NCBI RefSeq assembly: GCF_011386835.1
Contig: NC_088794.1
Coordinates: 11,346,001-11,410,000, forward strand
Source of the DNA: Chrysemys picta bellii
Lineage: Eukaryota
DNA length: 64,000 nt
Reading direction: 5' to 3'
The notes below the pieces were generated by a model, which was given only the letters and a program-made list of their open reading frames with translations, made no database searches and was not told where the DNA came from. Of the stretch, positions 1 through 10,600 are shown piece by piece. The translations under genes and the position numbers were made by a program. The number at the start of each line of letters is the position of its first letter. The stretch's first letter is position 1.

Positions 1-620
1 TGCCCCCTCCTCAGCCTGCTCCACCCAATGCCCTTTCCATTGCACTCCCTCGGCTTCTGTCTGTCTGGCCACCCCCTCTGTGCCAGTCTGTCTGTCCTGT
101 CTCTCTGTCCCCCAGTCTCCACATGTCTGTCTGCTCACCCCCTCTGTGCCTGTCTGCCCCCCAATCTCTATATCTGTCTGTTTGTCCACTCCCTCAGTCT
201 GTCCATCCACTCTCTCTATGCCTGTCTGTCTGCCCCCCATCTCTGTCTGTCTATCTGTCCACTCCCTTTGTGCCTGTCTGTTTCTTCATCTTAGGGCCTG
301 TCTGTCCCCCACATCTCTATGTCTGTCTGTCCATCCTCCCACTCTGTCTCCCCCATCTCTCTGCCTGCCTATCCTTCAACACCCTTTGTCTGTTGTTCCC
401 CATCTCCCTGTTTGTCTGTCTGTCCATCCCTTCTGTCTGTCTCCCCAGTGCCTCCCTCAGTCTGTCTTTCCCACCTTTCTGTGTCTGTCTGTCCCCCACC
501 CTCCCCACTTGTCCCTGTGTCTGTCTGCGCACCTCTCTCTGTGCGTCCGTCCGTCTGCCTCCCCCTCTCTGTGTCGGACTCTGGGTCTTCCCATTCTCTC
601 TTTCGCAATCTCTCATCACA
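1..620. repeat. Pyrimidine-rich low-complexity tract (CTGT/CTCT/CCC motifs)
   Basis: Degenerate ctgtctgtc/ctctgtcc repeats throughout; they produce the spurious Leu/Ser/Cys/Pro ORFs at 28-688. Confidence 0.85.
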
Positions 621-918
621 TGGCCAGTGTGGATGCTAGGTTCACTCCCAGCAGCTCCCCACCCCTGCTGCTGAAAGCCAGGGGCTGAGAGGCTGAGCCA
701 GGGAGTGGGAGGAAAAGACACCAAATGCAGAAGAGAGAGAGAAGTAAGAAGGGCTGACAGACGTGAAAAAGGGCTGCAATCTGCCTCATATCTGACCCCA
801 GACCCAGAGCCCCACCTGCTCCCTGTGTTCCGGAGTGATCAGTGTCCAGACCTGAGCCCAGGCACTCAGGCCACAGAGGGCGGTTGGGGGTGGAGCATGG
901 GGTGGAGGGGATGCACTC

Positions 919-989
919 ATTGGCTGGCTCTGGACCCGGCCCGTTAACAATTAAGGATGATTGATTCCTGGTGTGATTTCCCGTAAATC
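919..989. promoter_or_regulatory. CCAAT (- strand) + HNF1-like palindrome + high-affinity STAT (GAS/SIE) site; candidate SERPING1 promoter/enhancer
   Basis: ATTGG 919-923; GTTAACAATTAAG 943-955 (HNF1 consensus GTTAATNATTAAC); ATTTCCCGTAAATC 976-989 with GAS core TTCCCGTAA. Assignment to SERPING1 is by synteny only; no SERPING1 exon was identified in the window. Confidence 0.5.
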
Positions 990-1175
990 AGGGGGCAAGA
1001 GGGGTGGGCAGCAGCCGGCGCGGGGGAGGCACTGGGTGGGTTGTCCAACTCTGTCAAAGGTGCCAGCTGGAAACCAGGGCCTTAGCCCCTTCCCCCATGA
1101 GTATAGCCCCCTCTTCCCACCTGGGACAGCAACTGGAGGCCAAAGGTACTGGCTTGAAGTGGTTTCCATCATAGC

Positions 1176-1404
1176 TACCTGTGGGGTAGGGGAAAGGGGG
1201 GCTCAGTCCTTTCCCTGTGTGTTTCCCCTGCTCGTTTGGCTGCTCTCCCTGGCAGTCGGGCAGGGCTCGCTCCCTGTCTGGGCTTGGCTGCTGGGGACAG
1301 GGGCCAAGCACGCTGGGGGCGGAGGGGGGTCCTGGCTTGCTCTGCCCCTGCCCACAGGGCCCAGGACCCTTGACCGCTTCCCTGCTCCTCGCCTCCCCCC
1401 CCGG
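1176..1404 (+). repeat. ~230-bp direct duplicate (copy A) of sequence just upstream of the UBE2L6 promoter (copy B 7026-7265)
   Basis: tacctgtgggg...cctgctcctcgcctcccccc occurs at 1176 and 7026 (offset 5850); 4 mismatches in the first ~155 nt, then a small indel. Confidence 0.9.
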
Positions 1405-1692
1405 AACTCCCCCTACTCCCCACCCCCTGACAGCGCCGCCCTGGAGCACCAGGTCTGGTGGCGCTATAGCCATGCCAGCCCGCGCAGCCACGCTGCCCAG
1501 GCACTGGGGGAACTGTGACTGCGAGGGAGGGAGGGAGGGGAGCCGAAGGGAAGGGGCCAGGTGCTGCCAGGGAGTTGGGTTGGCTCCTCCGCAAGCCTGT
1601 CCTGATCCCACTCCCTGGCAGGAGCTCGGGGCCCAGAGGGAAGGCTCCTGCAGACTGGATGTGGCCCGCGAGCCATAGTTTGCCCCCCTCTG
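1405..1692 (+). mobile_element. Right-hand part of a non-autonomous hAT (Charlie-like) DNA transposon
   Basis: Ends in gtggcccgcgagccatAGTTTGCCCCCCTCTG (1677-1692), near-inverse of the CAGGGCTGGGCAAACT terminus at 6532. Confidence 0.7.
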
Positions 1693-2659
1693 ATATACAG
1701 GGTTTGCAGTTTGGTCCAATGGCTCTCGGCACCCCCATTAAACCAATTGTCCCAGAGCCCCTGCTGGGGTCCCATCTCCAGGGGCTAAGCCCTGTAAAAC
1801 CCCTGCCTTGTTTACTGTCCCTGTTTGTTGCTGCTGGGATCCGAGCTCCATTTTTCTGATTAGGTCAGCAAGCCACAGCCCTGTATGAGTATTTCCGTGC
1901 AAGGGGTCCAATTCCCAACCCCCTCCCCTCACTCCCCCGTGTTCATCTGGAAGTCCATGGGATTGCACTGGTGGAATGGGAATCAGGATCAGGCCCTGCT
2001 CTTGCATGGGTGAGTCCTTTCAAAGCAAGGGTCTGTGGATAGGGTGGGAATCTCTTCTGTGCCACCCCGACACATTTCCCTCTTGTCCCATCTCTCTTCA
2101 CTTCTCCGGAGCTGCTCAGGATCCCAAGAACAAAATGTTGAAGCAGCGTCACAAGAGCAGCCCCGTCCTTCCCAATCCGATTCCAGGGAATGTCATGGGG
2201 CACATAACCTTCTCGCAAATTCCAGGCCCGGCCTGGTTCCGGTTCCCTGTGGAACGCCCCGAAGGCACATTGCTTGTGAACAAACAGCGGGCTCGCATCT
2301 GTGCTCGCTCCCAGCCCTGATCCAAAAGGGATCAGTTAGTGGGAAGGCTCTGGATCAGATCAGAGACGCTCCAAATTGAATCCGGATTGAGCTCAGAATC
2401 CAATGTGAGGCTGGATCCTGTCTCTGGGCCTCTCCTTGTGCAACTGCTACTTTGACCCTAATGGAAGTGCCCTGGTTTTGATGGCCCTCCTTTCTGAAAA
2501 CGGGGCCATTGTGACTCAGTGTCTGGAGCTTACAAACAGCTCAACAATGTAAGAACAGCGTGAAAACAAGCATGAGTGTGATAAGGACTCAGGCCTTATC
2601 GAGACCCAAAAGCTGCAGCGGGTTGGCCATCCTGGATCGTTAAAGGAGTGGGTGCAGTT

Positions 2660-2900
2660 ATACCGGCATATACAGTTTATATCCACTCCTATAAAGGTGC
2701 TTATACCAGTATAGACTAGTATAAAGGTACATACACTATTCCTGTGCAGGAAGGGGAATAAACTACATTAGTATAAGATACTCACCACTATGATGTCATT
2801 TACACTAGTGGCTGTAGTAGTATAACCATATCAGAAGAAAATCACGCCCCTAACTGATGTAGTTATACCTGTGCAAACCCACCACTGTATGTATAGCAGA
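2660..2900. repeat. Old AT-rich repeat with internal TATACC/GGTATA-like motifs (probable degraded MITE)
   Basis: Recurrent ttatacc/gtata/ctagtata motifs; resembles a dispersed turtle repeat from memory; termini not defined. Confidence 0.35.
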
Positions 2901-3091
2901 TCTTGCTCAGGAGCGATATACTGACACGTTAAACCTTGAGAACTACCAGACAATTTTCTTTGCATCTTGAGAGAGTTGAAGTGTAAGCCCCCTCATGTCC
3001 AGAGTTTTTTCTGTACACCTGCCTGATGTCTGTTTCTTCCAGTGAAACTCAGAGAGCCTCATCATAATGTATACGTGCCCAATCTACATCA

Positions 3092-3273
3092 AATCATAGA
3101 ATATCAGGGTTGGAAGGGACCTCAGGAGGTCATCTAGTCCAACCCCCTGCTCAAAGCAGGACCAATCCCCAGATAGATTTTTGCCCCAGATCCCTAAATG
3201 GCCCCCTCAAGGATTAAACTCACAACCCTGGGTTTAGCAGGCCAATGCTCAAACCACTGAGCGATCCCTCCCC
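3092..3273 (-). mobile_element. Turtle polIII SINE (tRNA-derived head + CR1 3' tail)
   Basis: Minus strand reads gggagggatcgctcagtggtttgagcattggcctgctaaacccagggttgtgagtttaatcc (tRNA-like A/B boxes), then the CR1 tail ...gaggtcccttccaaccctgatattctatgatt. Confidence 0.9.
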
Positions 3274-3926
3274 CCAAATTACATGCTGGTAGGGCCGAGA
3301 GTGGAAGCAAGTCACAGTTGGAGCTTTCTGCCACCTGGGGAAGGCTGGTCCGTGAAAAAAATGGAGCTGTCTTGGTCTTAGGTTGCACTCAAGTCCCCTT
3401 TTCTAGCTTTTCTCTAGGACCAAGAAGAGCAGAGACTTACTTTTTTCTTTAAATCCAAGTTGAGATTCTCAGTTAATCACAGGATTCTAGGAGCTGGAGA
3501 TTTCAGAAATACATGAAGAGTCGTGAGAAAATCACGAGACTTGGCAAAACAGCTATGTGCCCTAGTCCAGAGAACAGCTAGCAAGAAGAAAAAGGATTGA
3601 GAGAGAGTGAGAGGGGAATGACGAGACATGGAGAGTAGAGGTGTGTGAATGATGTATGGAAGAGTGTCACCTCTCTGTCTCTCTGCGAATTTCTCAGAGA
3701 AGGTTGGAGTTTCCTCAAATACATTAGAACCCCCTGTAAATGGTTCCCAGGCCAGGAGGCTCCTTCAGGAGCAGTTTACCAAGGGTTAATATCTGAGTAG
3801 TTTGATTGGATATCTAAGTCACGTGATGTTATGGTTTTGGCTCCCACTGGGGGGTGGGGGTGTGTGTGTGTTACAACTGAGAAACTGCTGCCCATGTGAG
3901 ATCAGCAACAGTTGCTGAAAATCCAC

Positions 3927-5424
3927 TGTTACCGGCACAAAATTCTCTTCCTCACACACTCTAGGGCACCCACCTTTACCCAGTTCTTAGGGCTCAAGGC
4001 GTAACCCTCTTAATTTAGGTACCCCCACTCTTTCCCAGTTCCTAGGGCTCCAGGTGAAAAGCACCTAACTTTACCCCTCCGTGGGCTTCGGGCTCTACCC
4101 CTCCGTGGGCTCCGGGGAAACACCCTTTCCCTGTGGACTCAAGAGCTTAATCTTTTGCAGGTTTACGGGATCTTTTACCAGTAATATACTACATAAGCTC
4201 TATTTATTAACAATCACCAAAACCAGACTGCACACGCTACACATACAGTGCTCACCACTCCCAATAAGACACATGAACTTTTCTTGATGGCCAGTCAAGA
4301 TCAGGTCCATCTGGGGGACTCCAGGTTCTGTACGGTGTCATTGGGAGAGAGTTGAGGTCTGGCAGCTCTGATCTTTGGGGCTGTGTCCTGGAGTTGGTCC
4401 CCAAATAACTTCCTTTGGGACCCCAGTTTATATAGCGAAATTTGAATCCTTTTAAGCTATACCTTAACCAATCATTATATTAAAATTTTACTAACCAATC
4501 CTAACATAGTGTAACAAAATTCTTTAACCAATCCTACCCCGCCACCTTAATTAATTTACGCCTAGCAAAATTAATTATGTAACAGACAGAAAAGAACCGG
4601 ACAGAGACCATACAGATAAACAATAGGGAAGTGGGGACCATAATGACAAAACAATAAAGAAATGAGGATTTCACAACCACAACTATTGATAAGCAAATCG
4701 AGGGACGTGATCATTCCCCTCTATTCGGCATTGGTGAGTCTTCATCTGGAATACTGTGTCCAGTTTTGCGCCCCACACTACAAGAAGGATGTGGAAAAAG
4801 TGGAGAGTCCAGCGGAGGGCAACAAAAATGATTAGGGGACTGGAGCACATGACTTATGAGGGGAAGCTGAGGGAACTGGGATTGTTTAGGCTGCAGAAGA
4901 GAAGAATGAGGGGGGATTTGATAGCAGACTTCAGTTACGTGAAGGGGGGTTCCAAAGAGGATGGAGCTCAGCTGTTCTCAGTGGTGGCAGATGACAGAAC
5001 CAGGAGTGTGGTGGGGGAGGTCTAGGTTGGATATTAGGAAAAAAAATTTCACTAGGAGGGTGATGAAGCACTGGAATGGGTTCCCTAGGGAGGTGGTGCA
5101 ATCTCCTTCCTTAGAGGTTTTTAAGGTCAGGCTTGACAAAGCCCTGGCTGGGATGATTTAGTTGGGGATTGGTCCTGCTTTGAGCAGCGAGGTTGGACTA
5201 GATACCTCCTGAGGTCCCTTCCAACCCTGATTTCTTGCCAGACAGAATGCTATCAAACTACATTTTCTTTAGCCAGCTTAAGATCTGTTTCTTTATCTGG
5301 TGATAGTGGGTCTCCTTCTTAACAGCCTGATATGACATTGTTTCAATGTAATTTAGATGGAATGTGAGGATGTGACTTCCTGCTTCTCACCTAAGGGCTG
5401 TAGCCGAAGGCTTTAGGCCTTACA
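3927..5424 (-). mobile_element. LTR-like element (solo LTR) interrupted by a CR1 insertion
   Basis: Minus strand starts TGTAAGGCC at 5424 and ends ...GGTAACA at 3927; repeated CCAAT motifs at 4460-4540 and AATAAA (- strand) at 4203-4208; sequence continues across the CR1 (ctattgataag | tgatttcttgccag). No TSD found. Confidence 0.6.
4694..5231 (+). mobile_element. CR1 LINE 3' fragment (ORF2 C-terminus + 3' UTR)
   Basis: Degenerate CR1 ORF2 peptide ([37 protein letters not shown]) and 3' end gaggtcccttccaaccctgat. Confidence 0.95.
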
Positions 5425-5632
5425 ATAGAGCTGCAGACAATGGCCTTATCCTGCCACCACCACCCTGTCTTACAATAAACTCCTTCACTTGCTGGCTCCC
5501 CAGCTAACCCCTGCTACGCAGCCCACTCCTTCTTGGCTTCACTTTCCACTGTGGTACGTTATTTCTATTCTGGTAGTCCCAAAGGCCCCAATGGGAGCTG
5601 CGGAGATGATTCCAGGAGACTCACGGTGAAAC

Positions 5633-6530
5633 TAGGGTGACCAGGTGTCCGGTTTTCAGTCAGCACCACCAACCGGGCTGTTAAAAGTCCATTTGGTGGT
5701 GCTGCAGGGCTGAGGCAGACTAGTCCCTACCTGTCCTGGCTGGCACCGCGCTGCACCTGGAAGTGGCCAGGAGGTCTGGTCCTGGGGGTGGTGGCCACGG
5801 GGCTCCGTGCGTTGCCCCTGCCCCAAGCACCATCTCCACACTCCCATTGTTGAGGAACCAGCCAATGGGAGCTGGGGGGAGACAGTGCCTGGGGGCAAGA
5901 GCCGCGCGTGGAGCCTCCTGGCCCCCCCCGCCTAGGAGCCGGACTTGTTTGGCTGCTTCCAGGGCATGTGCAGCGCGGTGCCAGGACAGGCAGGCAGCCT
6001 GCCTTAGCCCTCCCTCCCCCCACTGCGCCATTGACCGGGAGCTGCCCGAGGTAAGCCCATGCCCCAACCCTGAGCCCCCCCACAAACCTGGAGTACGCTC
6101 CTGCACCCCAAATTCCTCATCCCTGGCCCCACCCCAGATCCTGCACCCCAAGCCCAGAGCCCGTATCCCCTCCTACACCCCAAACCCCTGCTTCAACCTG
6201 CAGCCCCCTACCGCACTCCAAATCCTTCAGCCCCACCCCCCAGCCTTGAGCCCCCTCCTGCACCCCAAGCCCCTCATCCCCGGCTCCATCCCAGAGCTCG
6301 CACCCACAGCCCAGAGCCCGTATTCTCTCCTGCACCCCAACCCATGCCTCAACCCCTCCCACACTCTGAATTCCTAGGCTCCACCCCCCAGCCTGGAGCC
6401 CCCTCCCGCACCCCAACCTCATCTCCAGTCCCACCCCCTCCTGCACCAGCCCAGTGAAAGTGAGTGAGGGTGAGGGAGAGTGAGCCACTGAGAGAGGGGG
6501 AAATATAATGAGCCAGGGCTCGGGGAAGGG
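5633..6530 (+). mobile_element. hAT (Blackjack-like) non-autonomous DNA transposon, right end missing
   Basis: Left terminus TAGGGTGACCAGGTGTCC at 5633; internal C-rich cccctcctgcacccca repeats typical of turtle hATs; abuts the next element at 6532. Confidence 0.7.
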
Positions 6531-6531
6531 G

Positions 6532-7025
6532 CAGGGCTGGGCAAACTTTTTGGCCCTAGGGCCACATCAGATACAGAAATTGTATGGAGGGCCAGGTAGG
6601 GAAGGCTGGGGGAGGCTATGCCTTCCCAAACAGCGAGGCGTGGCCTGGCCCCCTATCTACCACCCCGGAACCTCCACCCCCATCCTACCCCCCCTGCTCC
6701 CCACCCCTCCCTGACCGCTCCCGGGATACCCACCCCTATCCAATCTCCCCTGCTCCCCACCCCTGACCGCTCCCGGGATACCTGCCCCTATCCAATCTCC
6801 CCTGCTCCCCACCCCCGGACCACCCCTCCTGGGGTCCCCATCCAACCCTCCTTGCTCCCCACTCCTGACCGCTCCCGGGATCCCCGCCCCTATCCAATCT
6901 CCCCTGCTCCCCACCCCCGGACCACCCCTCCTGGAGTCCCCATCCAACCCTCCCTGCTCCCCACTCCTGACTGCTCCCGGGATCCCCGCCCCCATCCAAC
7001 CCCCCCTGTTCTCCCCGCCCCACGT
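6532..7025 (+). mobile_element. Left-hand part of a hAT (Charlie-like) element with internal ~50/100-bp minisatellite
   Basis: Terminus CAGGGCTGGGCAAACTTTTTGGCCC at 6532; cctgaccgctcccgggat recurs near 6710, 6762, 6864 and 6965. Confidence 0.7.
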
Positions 7026-7265
7026 TACCTGTGGGGTGGGGGAAAGGGGGGCTCAGTCCTTTCCCTGTGCGTTTCCCCTGCTCGTTTGGCTGCTCTCCCT
7101 GGCAGTCGGGCAGGGCTCGCTCCCGGTCTGGGCTTGGCTGCTGGGGACAGGGGCCAAGCACGCTGGGGGCGGAGGGGGGCCCTGGCTTCCTCTACCCCTG
7201 TCCCCGGCAGCAGGGGCCAGGCCCCTTGACCGCTTCCCTGCTCCTCGCCTCCCCCCGCCCCCCGG
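7026..7265 (+). repeat. ~230-bp direct duplicate (copy B) adjoining the UBE2L6 promoter
   Basis: Near-identical to 1176-1404. Confidence 0.9.
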
Positions 7266-7600
7266 AGCTGCGAGGGAGGCGGGGGGGGAGTGACCAGCCT
7301 GTCCTGACCCCGCTCCCGGCAGAGCGAAGGGACCCTCGGGCCGGCGTTTGCCCCGCCCCTGCGATCCCCGAGGAGGCGGGGCAAAGGCAGCGTTCTAGCC
7401 CCGCCCCCTCTGTGCTCGGGGGCGGGGGCGGCTCCGCTCTAGCCACCGCCCCCCCGCAGACTCGCTGCTCCGCGCTGAGCCGGCCGGGCTGGGCTCGGGC
7501 CGGGAAGATGGCGGCGAGCAGGAGAGTGGGCAAGGTGCGGGGGCCGGGCCGGGTCTCTGGCCCGCTCAGCCCCGCCGGGCTGATCGCCCCGGCCCGGGGG
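7250..7600 (+). promoter_or_regulatory. CpG-island, TATA-less promoter and exon 1 of UBE2L6
   Basis: Dense CpG and GC boxes (ggggcgggggcgg); YY1-type AAGATGGCGGC at 7505-7515 overlaps the start codon. Confidence 0.75.
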
Positions 7601-10600
7601 GGCTGGGAGGAAACAGGGTGGGGGCAGGGAGTGATGGGGGGGGGCTGCGTGAAGGGGGCTGAGGATGATGGCGGGACTGGGCTGGGGAGGAGTTGGGGGA
7701 GGCTGGGTGAGTTGGGGGGGCTGGGGAGGAGGGGGGCTGGGAGGAAGCTGGGTGAGTTGGGGGGAGGCTGGGTGAGTTGGGGGGCTGGGGGAGGCCGTGT
7801 GGGGTACAAGGTAAGGCTGTGGTGGGCGCTCTGCATTACTTTCACTTTTGTTTGGGTGCTCCTGGCTAGCCAGGGGGGTGCTGGACCCACCCTAGGTCTC
7901 TGATGGCCACCCCATGGGATGGGGGGCACTCCCGGTCCCACTGTGGCTCCAAAGGCCCGCTGCAATGAGGTTAACCCCTTCCTGTGTCGTCCCCCCGCCC
8001 CCCCCCGCATCCCATCACACCTGCCCCTGCCCTTTGCTTGTCATGTGCCTGGAGCCGGATCAAAGGTGCAGCTGTGATCCCTGTGCAAGGGGGGTGGCGG
8101 GGTTGTCTCCCACTCTGGTCAGCATCTGGCTGGACCAGATGGGAATAAAACCCAGATTGAAAAAAAACGACTTGTAACGTATCAAAATCACGCTGGTGGG
8201 GGTGGGGTGGCTGGACTGACCTACAGAAAAAAGTGGGGCCCTGGATTCCCCTTAGGGCAAGGTGATGGGGGCTGGCACAGAAGTTCACCCTTTGTGCCCT
8301 GGCCAACTTCAGACAAATGCCCCACGCTGGCCCTGGTGGTGCCGGCTTTATAAAGGATCCAGGCCAGATTGCCATGGAGGGGGAGCTGTGCAGGGATGGG
8401 GGAGGAGGGGATTCGGGACCAAAGCGGGGATGAAGCAGGAGGAAAGGAAGCAGTTAATTTTAGGAGCAATGTCTAGTGCCAGGCAGGTGCTTTCACTTTC
8501 TATAGCTGCTGCCTGGGAAAGTCCCTGGCTGGTTTCTCGGAAACCAAAGGTGCAGGGTGAGGATGGATGCGGGCTGAGAGTGACCTGATCTGGGAGACAT
8601 CCCGCCTCTTGGAGGCACGGGGAGGGGAGCCCTAGAGTAGGGTGAGGTGGGGGGGACTGGGTAACCCTCCTGTCCCTGGGAGTGAGGTTGCCCCACTAGG
8701 GGAGGGGAACTGCTAGGTTGCTAGCAGCAGGACGCTCTGTTGTTTATTTGCCTTTGGGAGCAGGAAGTGAGTTTGCCCCGCCCTCCAGTTTCAAGGCGTT
8801 TCTGAGAAATGTGCCTGATTCTGGGCCAGCTGCAGAGATGGGCAGAACCCAGCTCAGCCCCTGGTTGCTGTGGCCCTGTTGTGGGGCGAGGGAGGGTGTC
8901 TCGCAGTGGTGCCAGTTGCGGGAGCTTCAGGGGATGGGTGAACGCCGCCCCAGGGGTGTTTGCATTTGCTCCGTACTCCCCAGAGCCGGGGGGCCATGGC
9001 CGACCACTTTTAAGCAGTGATCCTGTACTAAATCAGTGCAGCTGCTGCCGGAGCAGTGCTCATATTTGCCCCGATTGCCCCTCCGTCCTGACGGGAGGGT
9101 GGCCAGGTCACGTTTCAGCAAGTGATGTTGCAACCTGGCGCACAGGGTCACAGTACCAGTCAGATTTGGCCTGGCTGCCCCTCTGTCCAAAGGCTGTGGT
9201 TCCCGTTGGCCGTGGTTCCCGGCCAATGGGAGCTGCAGAGTCAGCGCCGGGCGTGAGGACAGCACACGGAGTTTCCCTGATCACCCCTGTGCCTAGGGGC
9301 CACAGGGGCATGCTTCCGGTTGCTGCGCAGAGCCGACCAGACTTTTAACAGCCTGGCAATCCTCCACCCCGCGGGCCAGCAAGCGGTGCCGTGGGCCGAA
9401 GGTTCCCCACCCCTGAGTTAGACCCTGAGCATGCGAGCAGGATCCAGCCTGCCAAGCACCTCTGAGAGAGAATGGTAGATGCCCGACCGCCTGATGTCCC
9501 ATCTCCAGCTGTGGCCATCCCTGATGCTTCAAAGGAGAGAAAAAACCCTTCCAGAATACATAGAGAGAAATCCCTTCCTGACCCCTGCGGGTGGCTGTGG
9601 CTGAAACCCTGAAGCATCAGGAACACAGGACATAAACTGGAACTGAGCCCCAGGGCTGCTGAACCCAGTCCTTACCATCACAAGCAGCCTTGTCATACAA
9701 CTGCACTTATACATTTACCCAGTGGAGGGGGTGACAAGCAGGTTCCTGGTGTGTGTGTGTGTGTCAGGAACTGGAATTCTCCCCTCTCCCACCCCTGAAG
9801 AAAGCTCTGAATTGGTGCCACTGGTGCTTTGGTTTGTGCTGCTACATGGGGGTGGATGAGGCTTGCTGGGGAAATGGGAATCTGAGGCCTATTGGGGTGA
9901 CAATTTTAGGGAGCAGAAGGCTGGGGCCAATTGGGGGGCAGCTCTGAGGTGGGGGTGGTGCGTGGTCACTGATGGTTCGTCTCTGTCCTACTGCAGGAGC
10001 TGGATGACTTGAAGAGGTCTGGGTCCCGCTGCTTGAAGGACATTGAGGTGGACGACACCAATGTTCTCCTGTGGAAAGCGCTCCTGGTACCGGTGAGTGT
10101 GGGGACTGGGAGATGGGGGGGAGGGGTGTCAGAAGGGGCTGCATGCCACAAGGGGGTCTGTGCTGGGTTCAGATGGGGGGAGCCCCCAGTTCTCCCCAGG
10201 GATCAGTGTTTGCTGGCTCTGTAGCTTCCTGCCCTCTCTCTCCTGCCCTATGACCAGGACAATCCTCCCTACAACAAAGGCGCTTTCCGAATCGAGATCA
10301 GCTTCCCAGCCGAGTACCCCTTCAAGCCCCCCAAGGTCACCTTCAAAACTAAGATCTACCACCCCAACGTGGACGAGAAGGGGCAGGTCTGCCTGCCAAT
10401 CATCAGCGCTGAGAACTGGAAACCCGCCACCAAGACAGATCAAGGTACATGCCCCCCTGCCGCACGTACACGCCTCCAGGGAGCTAGAGGGGATGTTGCC
10501 CAGAAGCGCTGGGCCTGTGGAGTCTGGGGGGTTACAAGGGTGGCAGTGATGTGGCTGCAGGGGTGAGTGAGGATGGCGGCATGCGGCAGTTTGTGTGGCA

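Noticed and set aside
28-688. Cys/Leu/Ser/Pro-rich ORFs at the window start and His/Cys-rich ORFs at 28036-28658
   Set aside because: Translations of simple CT- and CA-rich repeats.
1-900. SERPING1 exons expected on the minus strand
   Set aside because: No signal-peptide, Ig or serpin coding sequence or convincing donor was recognisable; not annotated.
3194-3273. tRNA-like sequence
   Set aside because: It is the head of a SINE, fused directly to a CR1 tail.
6452-6470. IRF-like GTGAAAGTGAG motif
   Set aside because: Lies within standard hAT internal sequence, so it is not evidence of locus-specific regulation.
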